Origin: Bacteroidota bacterium
GTDB taxonomy: Bacteria; Bacteroidota; Bacteroidia; CAILMK01; JACPUW01
Assembly (NCBI GenBank): GCA_016192035.1
Contig: JACPUW010000035.1
Span: 52,323 to 116,322 of the forward strand
Reading direction: 5' to 3'
DNA length: 64,000 nucleotides
Shown: piece after piece, positions 1 through 10,631 of the stretch
Numbering within the stretch: the stretch's first letter is position 1
Layout: every line of letters starts with the position of its first letter
Translations under genes and position numbers: made by a program
The notes under the pieces: generated by a model
Told to the model about the DNA's origin: nothing
Seen by the model: the letters and a program-made list of their open reading frames with translations, nothing else
Database searches by the model: none

Positions 1-1
1 C

Positions 2-919
2 TTTTTCCGTGCGTATGTCTATCCCGTTGTTGTTCAGATACACGTCAGGCAGTGATGGGTGCTCTTGCCGCCCAAATGGCCGCGACACTATGCCCGATAT
101 GGGCCACATAAAATTGGCCCTGTTCTTGGCAAAATCGGTACTGGCCAAACCCGATACCGCTGTGGACGCCGCTGCTGCGCTCCGGGCCATTTCGGCCTTT
201 ATCACTTCTTCTATGGCCTCGTCCAATTCCTTGGCTATCCGCTTGTCATCCTTTAACTTTTCACGGTATTCCTTTTCCTTGCCCTTCAGTTCGCCCAGCA
301 CCTGGTTGCGCTCCTCCCTATCGCCGGCCAGTTTTTCGCGCTCGCGGTGCAGGTTTTCTATCAGCAATTCCTTTTGCCGTATTTGTCCCTGTAGGTAGTC
401 CATCTTGCTGCCCAGTGATTCCCTTGTCGCCCTAATTAATTCCATTTGGTTGGCCCTCAGTTCATTATAGTATTTTATATAGCGCATCCGGTTCCAGGCC
501 TCTTGCAGGGTACTGGCCGCAAACACATATAGCACATAGTCATAGGCACTTCGGTTCTTAAATGCCCAGTAGGCCATCTCTATACATTCCTTGGTAATAG
601 AGGCTAAGTCGTCTTCCAGTGCCTGTACAAAAAGGGTGGTTTGGCCTATGCTCTGGCCCAGGGCTTCAAGCACATGTTGCTCCGTGACCAAGAGTTGTTC
701 CCGGTTGCGGATCTGCCGGTCTATTATTGCCAGGTAACTCAGGTTTTTACGCTGGGTGGCACTTGTTTGGTCTATCAGTTTTTGGGTATAGGCTATCTCT
801 TCCAGTTTTTGCTTCCGTTTTTTCTCCAGGTCTTCGCGCCCCTGCGCCTGCACTGTTCCATGCGCCAACAGTAGGCCTGTCATGACCCACAGCAACAGGT
901 ATTTACCTAAGGTAGCCAT
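2..919 (-). CDS. Murein hydrolase activator EnvC-like coiled-coil protein (5' part; runs off the window start)
   Basis: Not in the ORF track. Manual translation from ATG at 919 gives MATLGKYLLLWVMTGLLLAHGTVQAQGREDLEKKRKQKLEEIA, a signal peptide plus coiled coil. It follows dut-NTP transferase-TPR-DUF4292, the usual Bacteroidota order. Confidence 0.75.
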   Translation of the reverse strand, partial: MATLGKYLLLWVMTGLLLAHGTVQAQGREDLEKKRKQKLEEIAYTQKLIDQTSATQRKNLSYLAIIDRQIRNREQLLVTEQHVLEALGQSIGQTTLFVQALEDDLASITKECIEMAYWAFKNRSAYDYVLYVFAASTLQEAWNRMRYIKYYNELRANQMELIRATRESLGSKMDYLQGQIRQKELLIENLHREREKLAGDREERNQVLGELKGKEKEYREKLKDDKRIAKELDEAIEEVIKAEMARSAAAASTAVSGLASTDFAKNRANFMWPISGIVSRPFGRQEHPSLPDVYLNNNGIDIRTEK

Positions 920-1673
920 CAGGTACTTCAAACTCGGCATTTTCACGTGCCACAAACGTAATTTTTGAATATTCAAAATCCAAGCTCTGCCATGCACCCT
1001 TGCTCATTTCCAGGTGAATTTTATAGGGTATTTGCCCGTATTCGCTTGGTCTATAGTCATCTAGACTTATAGTGGCCCGCCCCTGTATTCCGGCGTCCAG
1101 CTCGTACCTCACCAGTTTGAGCGTTTGCCTGTCCACCAGGGCTTTTTGTTGGATGCTATCGCCTGTTTCTATTGTGTAGTATGCATCCTGGGCACTAAAC
1201 CGGGCGCCCTCCAGGGCAAAGGGAATATGGCCCAAACTCAACCTCTGTACCGCCCTAAACCCTTCGGTGGGGCTCAGGTATCCCGCCAGTTGGGCATAGC
1301 CGTAGTGCATGTATTTCTGCTCCAGTCGGTTAATTATTTCTAGTTTTTCTAGGTCGGCCTGTAAGCGGGCCACTTCCATGAGTTTTGACAGGCGAAGCCA
1401 TACCAGGCTGTCGCGCCTCCATTTTAGGCTGGCCCCCAGGCTCAGGTTTATGCCATCGCCTTGCACGTGTACCTTGCCCGTGCCCACCATCCAGGCAAAG
1501 GCGGGGGCAGGGTTGGTCAGGGCATACACTTGTTCAAACTGTGCCAGGTTTTTCAACCTATCCATGGGGGGTAGCCCGCCAGTGCCGCGCCTAAGCCAGT
1601 TGCAGCCCGTGGCAGTAAGGCCCAGGGCTATCAACATCCACAGTGTCCTACTGGGCATGGTACTTTTTCTCAC
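903..1673 (-). CDS. DUF4292-family lipoprotein
   Basis: Lipobox LTATGC; RRDSLVWLRLS and C-terminal FEVPDGY motifs; synteny. Confidence 0.75.
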   Translation of the reverse strand: MRKSTMPSRTLWMLIALGLTATGCNWLRRGTGGLPPMDRLKNLAQFEQVYALTNPAPAFAWMVGTGKVHVQGDGINLSLGASLKWRRDSLVWLRLSKLMEVARLQADLEKLEIINRLEQKYMHYGYAQLAGYLSPTEGFRAVQRLSLGHIPFALEGARFSAQDAYYTIETGDSIQQKALVDRQTLKLVRYELDAGIQGRATISLDDYRPSEYGQIPYKIHLEMSKGAWQSLDFEYSKITFVARENAEFEVPDGYLR

Positions 1674-3390
1674 GGATTTTTCTGTTCAGCCTTTCATGCG
1701 TGGCCCCTGCGTCCTGTGCTTTTTGCCAGTAGGCTACGGCTTGTAGGGTGTCGCCCATAAAGTATAGACAATCACCATAGTGCTCTAAAATATCCGGGTT
1801 ATCCCCGTCCAGGTCCAGGGCTTTGGTGAGCCACTGGGCCGATTCGGTATAAGCCCCTTTTTTAAACAGCACCCAGGCATACGTATCCATATAAGATGGG
1901 TCGCCGGGGTGAAGTTTAATCACCCGTATGGCCATACCCAAGGCCTTGTCCAGGTCTTGGCCCCTGTTTGCCAGAAAGTAGGCATAGTTGTTCAGCAGGG
2001 TTAGGTGTCCTTCATGTTTTGTTAGCAGCCACTCATAGATGTCGCGGGCCTTATCCCCTTGGCCCATACGGTCATAAATATCGGCCTGCAAAAGCTTCAT
2101 GCCCAGTTCCTCGCTGGTTTGTGTCACCACATACACCAATCCCGTTTCCAGCATCATCAAGGCATTCTCGTAGTCGCCCAATGCGGTAAATGCCTCGGCG
2201 GCATAGGCATAAAACCGCGTTTGGGTGGGGTATAGCTCGGCGGCTCCCGCACTTAGGTCGCGTAGCTTCTTGTATTCCTTTGTTTTGGAGTAGGCTTGTA
2301 GCAAATCGGTGAGGTACTGAAAATTGCTTGGGTCAGCTTCCCTGGCGCGTTCCAGGTAGCTTACCCATAGGGTTTCATCGCCGGCAGCCCAATAGATAGT
2401 GGCCAGCCAGGCGTTCACCTCCCCATCGGTGGAATAGGTTTGGGCCAGTATGGTGGCCAATGGTGTCAATACATCCACGGTCAACCCATTTATTTGCAAT
2501 TCCTTGAGCGTTTCGAGTTTTTCGGTGGCCGCTATGCCCGGGTGGGCCATGGCCACGGCCAGGGTCTCCACCCCGGCAGGTATTTCGCCTAGCCGTATCA
2601 TCACCTGGCCGAGTGCCAGTAGGGCAGGGCCGTGGTTTGATTTGAGCAGCAGCACCCTTTGGTAGGCGGCCTTAGATGCCCCATGTTCGCCCATTTCTCC
2701 ATACATCCGTGCCAGTACCTTCACATACCTATAGTTGTTGGGGTAGTTGTCGGCCAATTTCTTAGCTTCCAACAGGGCTTTTTCCTGGTTGCCCCCTTGT
2801 TCATATAGGCGTAGGCGTTCCTTGGCATACGTGCTGGTATATCCAAATTGGGCCTCCAGCTTGTCGAATTCTCCGGCGGCTAACTCGTAGTTGCCCTGGT
2901 ACTCATACAGTTTTGCCAGGTCCTTCCTAAGCCTTATGGCATCGCGGTCGCTGAGTGGTTGCCCAAGCCGGACATTTATCAGTTCGGCCGCTTGGGTGTA
3001 GTTGCGCGCCCTCATCAGCAGGTCGTAGTAGCATTGGTACATGTCCAGGTTGCCAGGGTCTATCCTATAGCCGTTTTGGGCATAGGCCAAGGCCCGGGTC
3101 CGGTCGTTCATTTCGCGGTAGCAGTTGGAGAGCATCAGGTAGCCCGCCACCAATCTAGGATCCATTTTTAGGCATTTTTCAAATGCCACTACAGCCTGGT
3201 CATACTGAAAAGTGGCGTAGGCCTTCATGCCTTCAAAGAAGGTCTCCCTAAGGGGGTTGCCGCTTAGGAACCCTGCCTCGTCCACCTTTTCGGTGTTCCC
3301 TTTTTTTCCCTTCCGCTGGGCTGCGGCCTCTGGGGGGCTTAGCGCCCACAACATGATGGTTATTGCCAAGTATGTGAGTACTTGGTTCAT
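1648..3390 (-). CDS. Tetratricopeptide-repeat protein, exported
   Basis: Signal peptide; multiple TPRs including LNNYAYFLA, DTYAWVLFK and EHYGD. Confidence 0.85.
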   Translation of the reverse strand: MNQVLTYLAITIMLWALSPPEAAAQRKGKKGNTEKVDEAGFLSGNPLRETFFEGMKAYATFQYDQAVVAFEKCLKMDPRLVAGYLMLSNCYREMNDRTRALAYAQNGYRIDPGNLDMYQCYYDLLMRARNYTQAAELINVRLGQPLSDRDAIRLRKDLAKLYEYQGNYELAAGEFDKLEAQFGYTSTYAKERLRLYEQGGNQEKALLEAKKLADNYPNNYRYVKVLARMYGEMGEHGASKAAYQRVLLLKSNHGPALLALGQVMIRLGEIPAGVETLAVAMAHPGIAATEKLETLKELQINGLTVDVLTPLATILAQTYSTDGEVNAWLATIYWAAGDETLWVSYLERAREADPSNFQYLTDLLQAYSKTKEYKKLRDLSAGAAELYPTQTRFYAYAAEAFTALGDYENALMMLETGLVYVVTQTSEELGMKLLQADIYDRMGQGDKARDIYEWLLTKHEGHLTLLNNYAYFLANRGQDLDKALGMAIRVIKLHPGDPSYMDTYAWVLFKKGAYTESAQWLTKALDLDGDNPDILEHYGDCLYFMGDTLQAVAYWQKAQDAGATHERLNRKIREKKYHAQ

Positions 3391-4395
3391 TTAGTATAGT
3401 TCGTTATAGTCACCCAGGCTCAACTCCCTGGGTGGTAGGTGTATTTTTACGTGGCTGCCAATCATGGCGCCCTGGGCTACCAGGCCGCGTACGGTGCTAT
3501 GGGTCTGTATGATACTGTCTGACAATATGCTATGTTCTATACTACTGCCAGTGCCTATGGATACGCGTGGGCCCACCACACAGTGCCTAAGCACTACCCC
3601 GGGGCCTATATAGCATGGAGGCACTACCACGGCCTGCTCCATGATTACGTCAGCGCTTACCAAGCCTGGCCGGTCGCGTTTGAGCTCTAGGTACCTGCCA
3701 TTCGTTTCTACGGTCACGGCATAGTTTCCACAGTCCATCCATTCGTCCACGGTTTGCGACATAAACTGCATGCCCTTGTTTTTCATGTTTTCTAGCGCAT
3801 CGGTTATTTGGTACTCGCCCTTGCCCATGATGCCATGGTCTAGCAGGTACTTGATTTCACTCCTAAGCACAGCGGCATCCTTAAAGTAATAAATACCAAT
3901 TATTGCTTCATTTGAACGCGGTTTTTCAGGCTTTTCCTCAAACTCCGTAATAATGCCTTGGGTATTTTTATTTACCACCCCAAAGGCCCTTGGATCATCC
4001 ACCTCTTTGGTCCATATGATGCCGTCGGCCTGTATGTTCAGGGCAAAGCGGGCATAAAACAGGGTATCGGCAAAGGCGATTACGCAGGGCCCATCAAGCG
4101 AAGGATGGGCCTGGTATATGGCATGGGCGGTGCCGAGTGGCTCGTCTTGATAGTAAATGCTTCCCTGTGCCCCTATGTTGGCAGCTACATTAAGCAGTTG
4201 TTCTTCAATAGGTTTTCCAAATCTGCCTATCACAAACGCTACTTCATCTACCTTGCCTTCGGCCAGTTGGGCTATGTCGTTTATCAAATGTTCTACTATT
4301 GGCTTGCCCGCCACATGTACCAGGGGTTTGGGAACGGTGAGGGTGTGTGGGCGCATTCTTTTGCCCATGCCTGCCATTGGAACGATGATCTTCAT
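3391..4395 (-). CDS. Sugar-phosphate nucleotidyltransferase
   Basis: PMAGMGKRMRPHT..PKPL signature; GEYQITDA; C-terminal left-handed beta-helix. Confidence 0.9.
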   Translation of the reverse strand: MKIIVPMAGMGKRMRPHTLTVPKPLVHVAGKPIVEHLINDIAQLAEGKVDEVAFVIGRFGKPIEEQLLNVAANIGAQGSIYYQDEPLGTAHAIYQAHPSLDGPCVIAFADTLFYARFALNIQADGIIWTKEVDDPRAFGVVNKNTQGIITEFEEKPEKPRSNEAIIGIYYFKDAAVLRSEIKYLLDHGIMGKGEYQITDALENMKNKGMQFMSQTVDEWMDCGNYAVTVETNGRYLELKRDRPGLVSADVIMEQAVVVPPCYIGPGVVLRHCVVGPRVSIGTGSSIEHSILSDSIIQTHSTVRGLVAQGAMIGSHVKIHLPPRELSLGDYNELY

Positions 4396-4428
4396 AAGGG
4401 GGCTATTGCTTAATTGCTGTTGAATATG

Positions 4429-4863
4429 TTATTGGATTCCGGTATGTCCAAAACCACCGGCCCCGCGCGTGCTGGTGCCAAGGCTGTTTGCCGGTGTGAG
4501 GGTTGCCTGCACGCAGGGTGATACCACAACTTGGGCTATGCGCATCCCGTTTTCTATGGTAAACGGCTCTTTGCCCAGGTTCACCATGAGTACCTGTATT
4601 TCACCCCGATAGTCGGAATCAATGGTGCCTGGTGTATTGAGCAGGGTTATGCCGTGGTGCAGGGCTAGCCCACTCCGGGGGCGCACCTGGGCTTCGTACC
4701 CATTGGGCAATTCAAGATACAATCCAGTGGGGACCAATATCCTATGGCCCGGAAGTAGGGTTAAGGAGCCATCAAGGAAAGCTTGGATGTCAAAACCGGC
4801 CGAACCTGCCGTTTGATAGCGCGGCAAGGGGTTGTTTGATAGGTTGATGATATTGATTTCCAC
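4429..4863 (-). CDS. dut: dUTP diphosphatase
   Basis: [21 protein letters not shown] and [10 protein letters not shown] motifs; GTG start chosen at 4863. Confidence 0.95.
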   Translation of the reverse strand: MEINIINLSNNPLPRYQTAGSAGFDIQAFLDGSLTLLPGHRILVPTGLYLELPNGYEAQVRPRSGLALHHGITLLNTPGTIDSDYRGEIQVLMVNLGKEPFTIENGMRIAQVVVSPCVQATLTPANSLGTSTRGAGGFGHTGIQ

Positions 4864-4889
4864 GACCGGTATAAGGGGCTTTCCGGGGC

Positions 4890-6344
4890 TTACCTGCGCA
4901 AAAGTAGCAGACGACGGGGTTTTTCCACTGCCCAAACAAAGGCGCCAAAGAGCAGGATCAGGGCGTTGGCCACCACCGTTTGCTGCACCAGATTGGTCAT
5001 GCCTACCCCGGCAAACAGCAACCAGAACACTACGGCAATGCCTATGTACAAGGCCAACCTGCCAAAGTCATAGGGTATGGGGTAATGGCGGCGGCCCACC
5101 AAGGCTGACACCACCATCATGGCCAAGAACGAAAAAAAAGTGGCCCAAGCTGCCCCTATGTATCCTATGGATGGCACCAGGGTAAACAAGGACAATGTGG
5201 TTATTGCAGCCCCTATCACGCTGATATACAATCCCCATATGGTTTGTTCGGTGAGCTTGTACCACACCGATAGGTTGTAATGGATGCCCAAGAACAATTG
5301 GCCAAGCAGTACAATGGGCACCACATGCTTGCCTACCCGGTACTTTTCGTCCAGGATATGCAGCACCAGGTCTAGGTTTAGTGCCACCCCCAAGAACACC
5401 AGGCATTCCACTATGACAAACCATTTAAGCACCAAGGCATAGGTTGCTTTGGCATCACTATCTTTTTGTATGCCAAAGAAAAAGGGCTCGGCGGCAAACT
5501 TGAATGCCTGTACCACTATGGCCATGGCAATGGACAGCTTATATACCGCGCCATAAATCCCGGTCTGCGCATAGCCCTCATCCGGGCTGCCCGGTAGGAG
5601 TTTTTCCATCAAACTCTTGTCCATGTTTTCGTTGACCCAAGCTGCCAGGCCCACTATTATAAGCGGCCAAGCGTAGCTCAGCATGTCGTTCATGGCCTTG
5701 CCGTCCTGCTCGGGCCGTACCCCCTTATATTCCTTGGCCACCAGAGCCAGGGTGAGCGCAGATGCCAAAAGGTTACTCAGAAAAATATAGAACACTTTTT
5801 GGCCGGGATCAAAAATCACGGCTTGGGGATCCATATAGGTATAGGCCACGAAAAAGAGGATGTTAAATCCCACATTTGCCAAGATATTGAGCAATTTAAG
5901 CCCCGCAAAGCGTTTGGCTTTGCCCAAATGGCGCAGCCGCGCAAATGGGAGTATGGCAAGGGCATCAAAGAACAACATACCCGCTATAAGACGGATATAC
6001 CAAGGATTGCCAATGGACAACAAACCGTCAATACCGGTGGCAGTAAGCAATAAGAGCAGGCTGATGATGGAGGAACTGCCCAGGATGATGGTAAATGCGT
6101 TGTTAAACGCTTTGGGTTCACTCGATTTATTGGCGTAGAAAAAATAGGTAGTTTCCATGCCCATAGCGCAGAGCACGTTGAGCAGGGCCACATATCCATA
6201 CAGTGCGTTCACATGCCCCATGTCGCGGGTTTGGTCCAGCAGGTGAGAGAATATGGGGATAAGCGCAAAATTGAGCAGCCTGCCTAGAATGGTACTTACT
6301 CCGTACACCAGGGTTTGGGAGGCGAGCGCCCTAACCTTACTCAA
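4890..6344 (-). CDS. Polysaccharide biosynthesis flippase (Wzx/MATE-like)
   Basis: [17 protein letters not shown]-terminus; many TM helices; [10 protein letters not shown]. Confidence 0.85.
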   Translation of the reverse strand: MSKVRALASQTLVYGVSTILGRLLNFALIPIFSHLLDQTRDMGHVNALYGYVALLNVLCAMGMETTYFFYANKSSEPKAFNNAFTIILGSSSIISLLLLLTATGIDGLLSIGNPWYIRLIAGMLFFDALAILPFARLRHLGKAKRFAGLKLLNILANVGFNILFFVAYTYMDPQAVIFDPGQKVFYIFLSNLLASALTLALVAKEYKGVRPEQDGKAMNDMLSYAWPLIIVGLAAWVNENMDKSLMEKLLPGSPDEGYAQTGIYGAVYKLSIAMAIVVQAFKFAAEPFFFGIQKDSDAKATYALVLKWFVIVECLVFLGVALNLDLVLHILDEKYRVGKHVVPIVLLGQLFLGIHYNLSVWYKLTEQTIWGLYISVIGAAITTLSLFTLVPSIGYIGAAWATFFSFLAMMVVSALVGRRHYPIPYDFGRLALYIGIAVVFWLLFAGVGMTNLVQQTVVANALILLFGAFVWAVEKPRRLLLLRR

Positions 6345-6411
6345 TTTCGTATGGCTTTGTGATTCACGGCTGAAATATAGCGATAGGCCAAGCGTATGGG
6401 CTACAGGTCTA

Positions 6412-6780
6412 TTAACCGCCCTTTTGTTTTACCTTGTAACCCAGTTCTTTGAGCGTTTCCATGACCTGCGTCCTCTTGTCGCCCTGTATGATGATGGTGC
6501 CATCCTTGAAAGTGCCACCCACCCCACATTTCTGTTTCAAGGTTTTGCACAGCTCGCCCAGCAAGTCTTCAGATCCTTCAAACCCATCTACCACCGTGGC
6601 TTGTTTGCCAGCCCTGCCTTTTTTGTCGCGCGACACATAGAGCGGTACGTGTGATGGGTGTGTTACCAGGCCTTCATCCTGTGCCGCAGGTTCCAGTTCA
6701 TGTGCATGGGTGCTGTACACCAATCCTCCCAGGCTGCTTAAATCTTGAATGGCCCGTTTTTGAGGCTTGTCCTTAGCCAT
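6412..6780 (-). CDS. Translation initiation factor SUI1/YciH family
   Basis: GLVYST; KGRAGKQATVVDGF; LKQKCGVGGTFKDGTIIIQGD. Confidence 0.9.
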   Translation of the reverse strand: MAKDKPQKRAIQDLSSLGGLVYSTHAHELEPAAQDEGLVTHPSHVPLYVSRDKKGRAGKQATVVDGFEGSEDLLGELCKTLKQKCGVGGTFKDGTIIIQGDKRTQVMETLKELGYKVKQKGG

Positions 6781-7198
6781 GTGTTTCTGTGTTGATTGAC
6801 AGTATGTCTTGATACTGGGCATCTGTGAGTGGGACCACCGAAAGCCGGCCCTGCGAAAAGAGTGGGATACCTACCAGTCCCGGCCTTTGCCGCAATAGGC
6901 TAAGCCCAATGGGCTTTGTCAAAGTGTGGTCAGGCACTATTTCTATAGCCAGGAACTTACCGGTGGCATCACCAGGGTCGGCAAAAGGACCGGAATTAAC
7001 CCTGGCCATGCCCACAATACATGGCTCCTTGCCGCTGTGGTAAATTAATGCCGGTTGACCCGGCGCCATCAAGGCCATATAGTTTCGGGCTTGATAGTTT
7101 CTCACGCCGTCCCATATGGTAACCCCCGCTTCCAGTAGATCGGACCAAGAAAAGGATTTGGGTTCCGTTTTAAGTATCCAAGCAAATGGAGCTTCCAT
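6773..7198 (-). CDS. EVE domain protein
   Basis: WILKTEPKSFSW, WDGVRNYQARNYM, YHSG, RLSVVPL. Confidence 0.9.
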   Translation of the reverse strand: MEAPFAWILKTEPKSFSWSDLLEAGVTIWDGVRNYQARNYMALMAPGQPALIYHSGKEPCIVGMARVNSGPFADPGDATGKFLAIEIVPDHTLTKPIGLSLLRQRPGLVGIPLFSQGRLSVVPLTDAQYQDILSINTETHG

Positions 7199-7213
7199 GA
7201 GGCGCGAAATAAC

Positions 7214-7243
7214 AAAAAAGGGGGCGATGGAACCGCCCCCTTT
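7214..7243 (-). terminator. Intrinsic terminator downstream of the PDZ gene
   Basis: AAAGGGGGCG (7217-7226) pairs with CGCCCCCTTT (7234-7243); T-tract follows on the minus strand. Confidence 0.75.
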
Positions 7244-7276
7244 CACGTAATGAGGAAATTGATGAAGGATAGTGGT

Positions 7277-7960
7277 CTATAATTGGGTAAGTCCCGCATT
7301 TCGGGTTGCCTCGCCTTTGCTGGGCTCGGTACCAAACACTACGGGTATCAACAGCATGTGGCCATTGCGCTCTATGCGCAAGGTGGCTTTTTGGCCGGCC
7401 ATATATGCGCCCACCACCTGGCGAAGATTCTCTTGTACAATGGGTTGTTGGTCAATGCCAATTAGGATATCGCCCTTTTTAAGCCCGGCATATTCAGCTC
7501 CTGAACCAGCTATGGGTTTGTTGAGCACTACACCCAGAAGGGCATTTGACGGTTTGCCCAGCGGCTCTATGCCCAAGAAGGCATTTGCCTTTGACAGGCC
7601 TTCAAAATCGGGCATTTTGGCCTGTTCCATTATCATTTGTTGCCCTCGCTCTATGCGCAGGGTAAGGTCTTCACCGGGCAGCTGTCCGGCAAACACGGTG
7701 TGTAGGTTCTGGGCCAGCACCATGCGGTCGTTTATGCCCAACAAGATGTCGTTGGCCTGCAGGCCCAGGGCAGCCGCCACACCTTGTGGATCCACCTCTA
7801 CCAGCAGGATACCCATGGGCGAGGCCTGAGGGGTGGTGTAGGATATACCGAGTCGGGTGTCGGTAAGTTGTTTGGTTTGCACTGGGGCAGCAATGGCTGA
7901 AATGGCCATGCTTACAATGGCGATTGCCGTGGCGAAAGTGGTTTTGATGAAGCTTGTCAT
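7277..7960 (-). CDS. Exported protein with two tandem PDZ domains
   Basis: Signal peptide; two LGI...G..A..AGL...DIL.GI...TLRIER repeats. Confidence 0.8.
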   Translation of the reverse strand: MTSFIKTTFATAIAIVSMAISAIAAPVQTKQLTDTRLGISYTTPQASPMGILLVEVDPQGVAAALGLQANDILLGINDRMVLAQNLHTVFAGQLPGEDLTLRIERGQQMIMEQAKMPDFEGLSKANAFLGIEPLGKPSNALLGVVLNKPIAGSGAEYAGLKKGDILIGIDQQPIVQENLRQVVGAYMAGQKATLRIERNGHMLLIPVVFGTEPSKGEATRNAGLTQL

Positions 7961-8191
7961 AATGGTTGTTTTGTTTACAATTCGGGTACAAATCTGTGGT
8001 GGCAAATCCAACAAAACAAGCACAATAACTTAGATTAACTCTTGGAAAACAGTGGGTTACCGTTAATGGAACCCATTTGCCACCCATCTCTTAATCCTTA
8101 CAAAATGGTTAAGGTTTGCAAACGGATTGTAACCTTTTTGGGGAGGGTGAAGCAGAAAAAGCGGGCGGGGAGGGCTAGCGGGGTGACGGGA

Positions 8192-8761
8192 TTATTTCCA
8201 CTCCAACTCATCAGAGAGTACCTCAAAACTGGCCCCATTGTTTTTGGTGACAATGGCTTTGAACTGCACCAGGCCGGTCAGTGATTTTCCTTTCAGTTTT
8301 AAGTAGATAACCGAATAATTTGGATAAAAAGGGGTATTGAGGTGCCACCGTAGGGAGTCAACTCTATAACTGGGCCAGCCTCCGGCGGCCAGCACGCTTT
8401 GCCCAGAGTCTATTCCCTCCATATCATGTAGGCTTATTATGTCTATGGCCAGCACACTATCGCGCAACTGAATGTCGGTGGGGTCACAACTCGTTTTATT
8501 GGGGTCATGGCTGTAGGTATATTGAAAGCGCATACCCAATTTGAGTGCATTGCCCAACACCTCGTTTTCTGACGGTTTCCAAAGGGTTTCCAGCATTTGG
8601 GTACTGTCGGCATTGTAGTCTTGATTGTCATACACGGTGAGCACGGCATTGGAATGGCGTATGACCAACACATAGGGCTCACAGCCACATGACCCAAGCC
8701 CAAGGGCCACAATACACAATAGGCAGCCAAAGGGCCATACAGCCAAATGCTTAGCAGACAT
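8192..8761 (-). CDS. Hypothetical lipoprotein (DUF5034-like)
   Basis: Lipobox GLGSC; 189 aa; family call tentative. Confidence 0.55.
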   Translation of the reverse strand: MSAKHLAVWPFGCLLCIVALGLGSCGCEPYVLVIRHSNAVLTVYDNQDYNADSTQMLETLWKPSENEVLGNALKLGMRFQYTYSHDPNKTSCDPTDIQLRDSVLAIDIISLHDMEGIDSGQSVLAAGGWPSYRVDSLRWHLNTPFYPNYSVIYLKLKGKSLTGLVQFKAIVTKNNGASFEVLSDELEWK

Positions 8762-8871
8762 GTAAAAGGTGAATTTTCCTCCAAAAGTACACGCAGGAGG
8801 CCATGTGTTGCCGCCGTATGGGCCACCTATGGCCAGGGGATGGGGTAATTTGCCCCCAACAAACCAGGACC

Positions 8872-9747
8872 ATGCTGAGCATACAGTGCAGGGGAAAGCT
8901 TGTGGAATTTGATAAGCCCAAAGTAATGGGCATAGTAAACCTCACGCCAGATTCCTTTTACGATGGTGGCAAATACCAGGGCATGGACTTGGCACTGAGG
9001 CAAGTGGCCAAGCTCTTGGACGAAGGGGCAGATATGATTGATTTGGGGGGCTGCAGTACCCGTCCCGGAGCTACACAAGTGGGCCCAGATATTGAATTGG
9101 AGCGGTTAATTCCTGTATTACAAGGCGTAGTAAAAGAATTCCCACAGGCCATAATATCAGTAGATACCTACCGGGCTCAGGTAGCCCGTGAAGCGGTGCT
9201 GGCCGGTGCCCACATCATAAATGATATAAGTGCAGGGGATGATGACGTGGATATGATGGCGACGGTGGCCGAATTGGGGGTTCCATACGTGGCCATGCAC
9301 AAACAGGGCAGCCCCATGCACATGCAGCAAAACCCTACGTATGGCAAAGTGGTAACCGATGTGGCCCACTACTTAAGCCTCAAATTGGCCCAAGCATTCC
9401 AGGCTGGTATCAAGGATGTGATGGTGGATCCAGGTTTTGGTTTTGGCAAAACCTTGGAGCAGAATTACCAGTTGCTGTGGCATTTAGATCATTTTAAATT
9501 GCTTGACGCGCCGCTTTTGGTGGGCCTGTCGCGCAAGAGCATGATATACCGAGTACTGGACACTACGCCCGCCGACTCATTAAACGGCACCACTGCGCTC
9601 CATGCCTTGGCGCTGCTTAGGGGAGCACACTTGCTAAGGGTGCATGACGTGCGCCAGGCCAAGGAAACCATAGCACTAATGGAAGCCCTACGGCAGTGGG
9701 GCGGGCTGGAAGGTGGCCCCGTGATTAATGCCATATTTGCGGGCTAA
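8872..9747 (+). CDS. folP: Dihydropteroate synthase
   Basis: MGIVNLTPDSFYDGG, STRPGA, DPGFGFGK, GLSRKS, RVHDV. Confidence 0.97.
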   Translation: MLSIQCRGKLVEFDKPKVMGIVNLTPDSFYDGGKYQGMDLALRQVAKLLDEGADMIDLGGCSTRPGATQVGPDIELERLIPVLQGVVKEFPQAIISVDTYRAQVAREAVLAGAHIINDISAGDDDVDMMATVAELGVPYVAMHKQGSPMHMQQNPTYGKVVTDVAHYLSLKLAQAFQAGIKDVMVDPGFGFGKTLEQNYQLLWHLDHFKLLDAPLLVGLSRKSMIYRVLDTTPADSLNGTTALHALALLRGAHLLRVHDVRQAKETIALMEALRQWGGLEGGPVINAIFAG

Positions 9748-10610
9748 TGCGCTTTTTGGTTGACATAGGCTTTATGCCTTTCCGAATCCTTGACATACTG
9801 GATATAGCCCTGGTAGCCATTATCTTATATGTGCTGTATAAATTGGTGAAAGGCACCATAGCGCTAAACATCTCCTTGGGCATAGCGTCTATATTCTTTT
9901 TGTACTGGCTGGTAAGGACCCTGCAAATGCGCTTGGTGGCCGGCATCCTGGGCCAGTTCATTGAAGTGGGGGTAATAGCCTTGCTCATCGTCTTTCAGCA
10001 AGAAGTAAGGCGGGTGCTCTTGCTCATAGGCCGAAACACCCTGCGGGCACAACCTGGCAAAAACTGGCGAAGTTTTTTGCCCTGGAACTGGGAATTAAAG
10101 GAAGGTTTTGGTCTAAGTACCAATGAAATAGTAAGGGCATGCCTGTCTATGTCGGAAACAAAAACCGGCGCACTTATAGTCATTTCAGGCACCACCGACC
10201 TGCGCAACTTCAGCACCACGGGTGTGGAAATGAGGGCATTGCTTAGGGCGGAGCTACTAGAGACCATTTTTCAAAAAACCGCGCCCCTGCACGATGGGGC
10301 AGTGATCATAGCTTCCAACCTTATTGTGGCGGCCAGTTGCATCTTGCCCGTTACGCAGTCGCCCCAATTGCCCAGGCACTATGGTACCCGCCACCGCGCG
10401 GCAGTGGGGCTCACAGAGCAAACCGATGCCTTGGCCGTGATCGTGTCAGAAGAAACAGGAAGTATTTCCTTCTCCCGCAATGGTAACATAACCAGCGACT
10501 TGGACGCTGATTCCTTGCGCCAAGCCATAGAGCAATTTGTGGGGCGTGGCACCAAACCGGGTAGCCCTGCCAATGGGCCCACTGAAGCGCCCTCTCATCA
10601 TGGTGCATAG
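9747..10610 (+). CDS. dacA: Diadenylate cyclase (CdaA/DacA, DisA_N domain)
   Basis: Three N-terminal TMs; PLHDGA and GTRHRAA catalytic motifs; VSEETG. Confidence 0.92.
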   Translation: MRFLVDIGFMPFRILDILDIALVAIILYVLYKLVKGTIALNISLGIASIFFLYWLVRTLQMRLVAGILGQFIEVGVIALLIVFQQEVRRVLLLIGRNTLRAQPGKNWRSFLPWNWELKEGFGLSTNEIVRACLSMSETKTGALIVISGTTDLRNFSTTGVEMRALLRAELLETIFQKTAPLHDGAVIIASNLIVAASCILPVTQSPQLPRHYGTRHRAAVGLTEQTDALAVIVSEETGSISFSRNGNITSDLDADSLRQAIEQFVGRGTKPGSPANGPTEAPSHHGA

Positions 10611-10631
10611 TTCATAGACTCAATGCACTAG

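Noticed and set aside
9747..10610. c-di-AMP cyclase as a novel signalling or defence system
   Set aside because: folP-dacA is an ordinary Bacteroidota arrangement with no effector genes nearby
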